DNA of 32,000 bases from Lysobacteraceae bacterium (GTDB lineage: Bacteria; Pseudomonadota; Gammaproteobacteria; Xanthomonadales; Xanthomonadaceae), in assembly GCA_031263725.1 (NCBI GenBank), contig JAISFF010000080.1, positions 18,080 to 50,079 on the forward strand. The letters are read 5' to 3'. Shown here one piece after another: positions 27,092-32,000 of this stretch. The position numbers and the translations under genes were made by a program. Every line of letters starts with the position of its first letter. Position 1 is the first letter of the stretch. Below the pieces are notes generated by a model that saw only the letters and a program-made list of their open reading frames with translations, was not told the origin of the DNA and ran no database searches.

Positions 27092-27317
27092 ACGGGCACC
27101 CCGGTCACGCCGTTGTTCCGCAATCCGTCGATACTGGCGGCCATCAGGAAGAAAACCGTACCGGTATGCGTCGCGTATCCTGCGATGAAAGCCCGCATGA
27201 CATGGAATCCGGAATCGCCGGAATGCAAGCGGCCATCATGGCTTGCCCGGAAGAGACTGCTCCAGTCAGCCGTCGCTTGGCGATGAATGCGTCCGCCGGC
27301 AAGACGCGATGGAACCG

Positions 27318-28067
27318 CTACTGGCTCTGCCGCTGGCGCACAGCCTCGAACAGACTCACGCCGGCCGCGACCGAGACATTGAGACTCTCGATATCGCCCG
27401 GCATGGGGATATTTACCAGCTCGTCACAATGCTCGCGCGTCAGCCGCCGCAATCCTTCCGCCTCGCTGCCCAGTACCAGCGCGATATTGCCGCGCAGATC
27501 GATCGCGTACAGCGGTTTCCCGGCTTCTCCAGCCAGACCGTAGATCCACACGCCCAGCTTCTGCAGGTCACGCAGACAACGCGAGAGATTGGTCACGACC
27601 ACCACCGGCAGACGATCCGCCGCGCCCGCCGAGGTTTTGCGCACGGTCGCGTTAACCGGCGCCGATTTGTCCTTCGGGATCACCACCGCCGTGGCACCCG
27701 CCGCCGCCGCACTGCGCAAGCATGCGCCAAGATTATGCGGATCCTGCACGCCATCCAGAACCAGCACCAGCGCCCTGCCTTCGGCTGCCTCGACCAGTCC
27801 CTGCAATTCGTTCTCGTTCCAGGTACGCGCGGCGGCATAACGCGCCGCAACGCCCTGATGGCGCACCGCGCCACCGACGCCATCCAGTGCCTGCGCGGTC
27901 ACGCGACGGACATCGATGCCCTTGCGGCGTGCGTCCTCCTCGATCCCGGTCAGGCGCGCGTTCTTGCGGCCGCCGTCGATGAGCACTTCGCGCACATTGT
28001 CGGCATCGTTTTCGATCGAGGAAGCGACGGCGTTGACGCCGACGATCCATTGGTTCTGCTTGCTCAT
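27318..28067 (-). CDS. rlmB: 23S rRNA (guanosine-2'-O)-methyltransferase, SpoU/TrmH family
   Basis: From the ATG at 28065-28067. It has an N-terminal substrate-binding domain (GVNAVASSIE), SPOUT motifs LDGVQDPHNLGACLRSA, LVLGSEAEGLRRLT and IPMPGDIESLNVSVAAGVSLFE, and lies close to rnr. Confidence 0.9.
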   Translation of the reverse strand: MSKQNQWIVGVNAVASSIENDADNVREVLIDGGRKNARLTGIEEDARRKGIDVRRVTAQALDGVGGAVRHQGVAARYAAARTWNENELQGLVEAAEGRALVLVLDGVQDPHNLGACLRSAAAAGATAVVIPKDKSAPVNATVRKTSAGAADRLPVVVVTNLSRCLRDLQKLGVWIYGLAGEAGKPLYAIDLRGNIALVLGSEAEGLRRLTREHCDELVNIPMPGDIESLNVSVAAGVSLFEAVRQRQSQ

Positions 28068-28136
28068 GACAGCTCGGACCGGACAGGGAGCGTCAATGGT
28101 AGGGCTTATCGCCGCCGCCGGCATCACCCGCCAGGA

Positions 28137-28622
28137 TCACCCGCCGACATGCGGATGCCAGTCCCCGGTGTCGTGATCGGGATGCTGGAACGATTCCACC
28201 CGCGACAGGAAATCCTGCTCGGAGGAATCCGGCTCGCCACGGTATTCCGGCAGCAGATGCAATCCATCGACGAAAGGCAGCTTGCTCGGGGTTCCGTACT
28301 GCATCGTCGGCGGCAGCAGTTCGGGATGATCGAACGTCCCCGCCGCCAGCGCCATGCCCTGCTCCGCTTCATAGGTCAGCGGTGTGCCGCAATTGGCGCA
28401 AAAGCCCCGGCGTATCAGGTTCGACGAGCGGAAATGCGCGGGCGCCCCCCGCGTCCATTCGAACTCGACATCCTTCACCGTGACCATCGGCGCGTAATAG
28501 GCGCCGAACGCCTTCTGGCACATCCGGCAATGGCACAACGAGATTTCCTTCAGTTCGCCGCGGATATGGAAGCGCACCGCGCCGCACTGGCAACCGCCAC
28601 TGTATTCGCTCATACCATCCAT
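28137..28622 (-). CDS. GFA-family (glutathione-dependent formaldehyde-activating / CENP-V-like) zinc protein
   Basis: Cys motifs GGCQCGAVRF, CHCRMCQKA and FCANCGTPL. The track start at 28640 is a TTG. The ATGs at 28622 or 28613 are preferred because GGAG-like SDs lie upstream. Confidence 0.8.
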   Translation of the reverse strand: MDGMSEYSGGCQCGAVRFHIRGELKEISLCHCRMCQKAFGAYYAPMVTVKDVEFEWTRGAPAHFRSSNLIRRGFCANCGTPLTYEAEQGMALAAGTFDHPELLPPTMQYGTPSKLPFVDGLHLLPEYRGEPDSSEQDFLSRVESFQHPDHDTGDWHPHVGG

Positions 28623-28658
28623 CTCCCATTCTCCCGTCAATACTTCTGCTTCTTGCGC

Positions 28659-31094
28659 TTAGGCCGGCTGTCCGCGCGGCGGCAATGGCTTCGCTGCCTG
28701 CTCCGCGACCAGGCGGAAATCGATCCTGCGGTCTTCCATGCTGGCTTTCAGCACCACGATCCGGACCCGGTCGCCGAGCCTGAAGCTCAGACCGCGCCGC
28801 TCGCCGGACAGGGTCTTGCGCAGCGGATCGAAGACGTAATAGTCGTAAGGCAGCTGCGTCACGTGCACCAGCCCGTTGACCTTGGACTCGTCCAGTTCCA
28901 CGAACAGGCCGAAACTGGTGACGCCGCTGATGACGCCATCGAACTCGCTGCCGACATGCTTTTCCATCCAGGCGGCCCGATAGCGTTCATCCACCTCGCG
29001 CTCGGCTTCATCGGCGCGGCGCTCGCGCTCGGAGCACTGCAACGCCAGCATGCTCATGTCGCGGGGGGAATATCGATACTGCTCCGGCTTGCGGCCGCCC
29101 AGCGCGAACTTGATTGCCCGATGCACCAGCAAATCGGGGTAACGCCGGATCGGCGAAGTGAAGTGTGCATACGCGTCCAGCGCCAGACCGAAATGACCGA
29201 GATTCTCCGTCGAATACACCGCCAGGCTCTGGCTGCGCAGCAATACCGACTCCAGCAAGGCCGCGTCGGCGCGCCCGTGCACCGTCTTCAACAGCTTGGT
29301 GAAATCGCGCGGCTGCACCTTGTTCCACGGCGGCATGCTGAGCTTGAACTCCTTCAGGAACTCCAGCAGATCGGCGTACTTGCTCTCGGGCGGACGATCG
29401 TGCACCCGGAACGGCGCGGGGATACGCGTACTGGAGAGATAGCGCGCCGCCTGCACGTTGGCCGCGATCATGCATTCCTCGATCAGCTTGTGCGCATCGT
29501 TGCGAACCAGCATCCCGGCCTGGGTCGCTTCGCCGCGATTGTCAAGGACGAAGCGGACCTCGGAGGATTCGAACTCGATCGCTCCGCGCCTCTCCCGCGC
29601 CTTCGCCAGCACTTGGTAAAGCTGATGCAGACGTTCGACATGCGGCAGCAACGCGCCGATCTGCACACGCGTTTCCTCGTCGTTCTCGCCCACCGCATTC
29701 CAGACCTGGGTATAGGTCAGCCGCGCATGCGAACTCATCACCGCTTCGTAGAACCGGGAACCGCCGACCTCGCCATTGCGGTCGACCTGCATGTCGCAGA
29801 CGAAGCACAGCCGATCGACCTGTGGCTTCAGCGAACAGATGCCGTTGGAGAGCATCTCCGGCAACATCGGCACCACGAAACCGGGGAAGTACACCGAGGT
29901 GGCGCGCTTCTGCGCCTCGTCGTCCAGCGGCGACCCGGGCCGCACGTAATGCGAGACATCGGCGATCGCCACCACCAGCCGGAATCCGTCGCGATTGCTT
30001 TCGCAGTACACCGCATCGTCGAAATCCTTGGCATCCTCGCCATCTATCGTCACCAGCGGCATGTTGCGCAGATCGACCCGCCCTGCCGTCATCTCCGCCA
30101 TGACAGTCACCGGCACCGCGGCCGCTTCATCCAGCACGGCTTGCGGAAATTCGTGCGGCAGATCGTGTCCGTGGATCGCCGTCTCCACGACCAGCGAGGG
30201 CGTCAGCTTGTCGCCCAGCACCGCGATCACCTTGCCAATGGGCGGACGCCGACCCTCTGGCGGCTGGGTCAGTTCGCACACCACCAATTGCCCGTCGCGC
30301 GCGCGCGCGGTCGCATCCTGGGGTATCTGGATGTCGTGCTGCACGCGCTTGTCGTCCGGGGTGACGAACGCAACGCCATGTTCGGAATTGAAACGGCCGA
30401 CGATACGGCTCAAACGACGCTCCAGCACGCGCGCGATGCTGCCCTCGCGCCGTCCGCGGCGATCGATGCCGGTGACGTTGGCCAGAACCCGGTCGCCGTG
30501 CATGGTCTTGCGCATCTCCGACGGTGGCAGGAACAGATCGTCGCCACCCGCCTCGGGCCGTAGGAAGCCGAATCCATCCGGGTTGGCGATCACCACGCCG
30601 GGGATCAGGTTGGTCTGCGAGACCGGCGCATAGCTGCCGCGGCGGTTCTGGATCAGCTGTCCGTCGCGCAGCATGGCCGTCAATCGACGGCTCAAGGCTT
30701 CCAGACGGTCCGGCGCCTGCAGGTTCAACCGTGCTGCCAGCTCCTCCAAGTTCTGTGGCCCCTCGCATTGATCGAGCAATTGCAGGATCGCCTCGCGACT
30801 GGCGATCGGATGCTCGTAGCGTTGTGCCTCGCGGAGATAGTGCGGGTCGCGGAAACCGCTCGACTTGGCCGCCGGCTTGCTTCGCTGGCGCTTCGGCGCT
30901 TCGGCTTCGACTTTGGGCGATCGCGATTTGGTCGCTTTCTTCGGACTCGCCTTCGCCGTACCGGCCGGTGTCATCGATTCCGGCAACCAGGGCGGCAGCT
31001 TGGCCACGGATCTGCTCGGTTCGCCTCTCGGCTTGCTGCCGGAGGTCCTTTGGGTGGACGGCTTATCCGCCCCTTTCCTGTTTTTTGTAGTCAT
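28659..31094 (-). CDS. rnr: ribonuclease R
   Basis: RNB catalytic motifs TIDGEDAKDFDDAV, VYFPGFVVPMLPE and HFGLALDAYAHFTSPIRRYPDLLVHR, with cold-shock domains and a C-terminal S1 domain (FDGVISGVTSFGLFVEL). The track ORF extends to 31337 across the tRNA gene, which is impossible. The first ATG clear of the tRNA is 31092-31094. Confidence 0.93.
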   Translation of the reverse strand: MTTKNRKGADKPSTQRTSGSKPRGEPSRSVAKLPPWLPESMTPAGTAKASPKKATKSRSPKVEAEAPKRQRSKPAAKSSGFRDPHYLREAQRYEHPIASREAILQLLDQCEGPQNLEELAARLNLQAPDRLEALSRRLTAMLRDGQLIQNRRGSYAPVSQTNLIPGVVIANPDGFGFLRPEAGGDDLFLPPSEMRKTMHGDRVLANVTGIDRRGRREGSIARVLERRLSRIVGRFNSEHGVAFVTPDDKRVQHDIQIPQDATARARDGQLVVCELTQPPEGRRPPIGKVIAVLGDKLTPSLVVETAIHGHDLPHEFPQAVLDEAAAVPVTVMAEMTAGRVDLRNMPLVTIDGEDAKDFDDAVYCESNRDGFRLVVAIADVSHYVRPGSPLDDEAQKRATSVYFPGFVVPMLPEMLSNGICSLKPQVDRLCFVCDMQVDRNGEVGGSRFYEAVMSSHARLTYTQVWNAVGENDEETRVQIGALLPHVERLHQLYQVLAKARERRGAIEFESSEVRFVLDNRGEATQAGMLVRNDAHKLIEECMIAANVQAARYLSSTRIPAPFRVHDRPPESKYADLLEFLKEFKLSMPPWNKVQPRDFTKLLKTVHGRADAALLESVLLRSQSLAVYSTENLGHFGLALDAYAHFTSPIRRYPDLLVHRAIKFALGGRKPEQYRYSPRDMSMLALQCSERERRADEAEREVDERYRAAWMEKHVGSEFDGVISGVTSFGLFVELDESKVNGLVHVTQLPYDYYVFDPLRKTLSGERRGLSFRLGDRVRIVVLKASMEDRRIDFRLVAEQAAKPLPPRGQPA

Positions 31095-31188
31095 TGGCGG
31101 CAATGGTACACGCAGCCGGATTGGCGCCAAGCGAACGTCCCCCTGTTGACATTTGGTCGGACAGGTACCAAAATGCGCGGTCTCACCT

Positions 31189-31273
<85 letters not shown>

Positions 31274-31739
31274 AATAGATATACACAACAAGGGTTTCGA
31301 AGCATCTGGCGTAGCCGTGGGGACGCCAACTTAACACCCGGCACAGCCGAGTCCGTGACGCGATAGCAGATGCTACCGGTCAGCGATCGAGGATCCAGCT
31401 CGACGCGCTCAACAACGGAAGAAACCACCGGCCGGAGCCAATCGCTCCGGCCGGTTTCTTTTGCGGAGGCGACCAGGCTGGCTAGCGCCTTGGCCACGTC
31501 GGCGACGCCGACCTTCGAGATCCACGCCGCTCGTTCGGCCTCGGCCTGCAGCTGCTGCAGGCGCATCAGGGCATCGGCCCGTCTCTGCTCCAGCTCGTCG
31601 ACCTTGCGCAACGCCGACGCCGGGTTGGAAAGCTGCGCCGCGAGATCCATCATTCGGCTGATCTGATCGACCAGGTCGGTCACCTCGGCCGAGATCCGGC
31701 GCAGGGCCGCCGGATCCATGTCGCTGGCCAGCGATGTAA
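31274..31739 (-). pseudogene. C-terminal remnant of a recombinase (large serine-recombinase-like coiled-coil and terminal domain), 5' part removed by IS insertion
   Basis: The frame of track ORF 31222..31761 reads ...DPAALRRISAEVTDLVDQISRMMDLAAQL...LRKVDELEQRRADALMRLQQLQAEAERA...RSDWLRPVVSSVVERVELDPRSLTGSICYRV. This resembles the coiled-coil plus terminal (v-e-R-v-e-l-d ... i-x-Y-R-l) end of recombinase-family proteins as I remember them. No catalytic domain is present. Its apparent N-terminus is IS-end sequence and its last codons run antisense into the tRNA. Confidence 0.45.
31428..31462 (+). terminator. perfect GC-rich hairpin with T-tail (terminator-like)
   Basis: CCGGCCGGAGC-caatc-GCTCCGGCCGG forms an 11-bp perfect stem followed by TTTCTTTT. 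It lies 155 nt downstream of the tRNA-Leu 3' end, inside the recombinase remnant frame. Confidence 0.45.
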
Positions 31740-32000
31740 TGACCCAGCCGAACCTGCTCACCTTAAACGGCTAACGCATAAGCCTCAGCCGGGGTTTTCA
31801 TGGCCAGCGCCTGATGCGGGCGCTGATGGTTGTAAAAGTGGATCCAGTCGCCGATCACGCGGCTGGCATGCTGCAAGGTCTCGAAGCGGTAGCGATGCAC
31901 GCACTGCTCCTTGAGCGTGCGAATGACCCGCTCGACCATTCCGTTCTGCTGGGGACAGTGGGGAGTGATGAACTCCTGACGCAGCCCGTCACTGCATACC
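31740..32000 (-). mobile_element. end of an IS3-like (rve/DDE transposase) insertion sequence, continues beyond right window edge
   Basis: The transposase 3' end (below) stops at 31763-31765. 23 nt further, the plus strand reads TGACCCAGCCGAACCTGCTCACC from 31740. That gives a 5'-TG...CA-3' type terminus, as in IS3-family inverted repeats. The exact boundary is inferred, because the partner IR is outside the window. Confidence 0.65.
31763..32000 (-). CDS. DDE (rve) transposase, C-terminal 78 codons (5' part outside window)
   Basis: My reverse translation gives VCSDGLRQEFITPHCPQQNGMVERVIRTLKEQCVHRYRFETLQHASRVIGDWIHFYNHQRPHQALAMKTPAEAYALAV*. It contains the third catalytic-acid region (NGMVER) and the YN-x-x-RPH-x-AL tail typical of retroviral-integrase-type IS transposases. 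Confidence 0.85.
   Translation of the reverse strand, partial: VCSDGLRQEFITPHCPQQNGMVERVIRTLKEQCVHRYRFETLQHASRVIGDWIHFYNHQRPHQALAMKTPAEAYALAV

Noticed and set aside
27243-30563. 1106-aa plus-strand ORF, the longest in the window
   Set aside because: It is antisense to rlmB, the GFA-family gene and rnr, all of which have unambiguous motifs. Its translation is R/H/Q/A-rich with no recognisable domain. It is a shadow ORF.

Overview
This is a high-GC chromosomal core segment. It is probably from a Xanthomonadales/Lysobacterales-type gammaproteobacterium. That assignment is an inference from RecA/LexA sequences I recognise, a TTAG-N6-TACTA SOS operator, and the gene content. About 33 genes are packed tightly, mostly on the minus strand. 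(1) An SOS block, lexA-recA-recX-alaS (alaS runs off the left edge). (2) A UbiB/ABC1-like kinase, PncC, CzcD and GabD. (3) A one-strand nitrite/NO module: fnr > quinol NO reductase norB > nnrS > sirB2-like > nirK > nirV > SCO1-like. A PCuAC copper chaperone gene lies just upstream, and FNR-type palindromes sit in front of nirK and norB. (4) Housekeeping genes: two crotonase-family genes, a CPBP protease, a rhodanese sulfurtransferase, a CoA Nudix hydrolase, an FKBP-like protein, nth, rnt, a macro-domain protein, an acyl-CoA synthetase, rlmB, a GFA-family protein and rnr. (5) tRNA-Leu(CAG), followed by an island scar: a recombinase C-terminal remnant cut by an IS3-like element that runs off the right edge. 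I found no rRNA and no CRISPR array. I do not see a convincing, wholly novel multi-gene system. The items most worth a second look are the copper-chaperone and NnrS/SirB2 accessory genes wired into the NO module, an AT-rich 0.56-kb non-coding island with a 9-bp triple repeat, several unusually long unassigned spacers, and the tRNA-Leu island junction. The many long ORFs on the opposite strand of real genes are high-GC shadow ORFs. The ORF track also opens at GTG/TTG, so several listed N-termini are over-extended, and I trimmed them.
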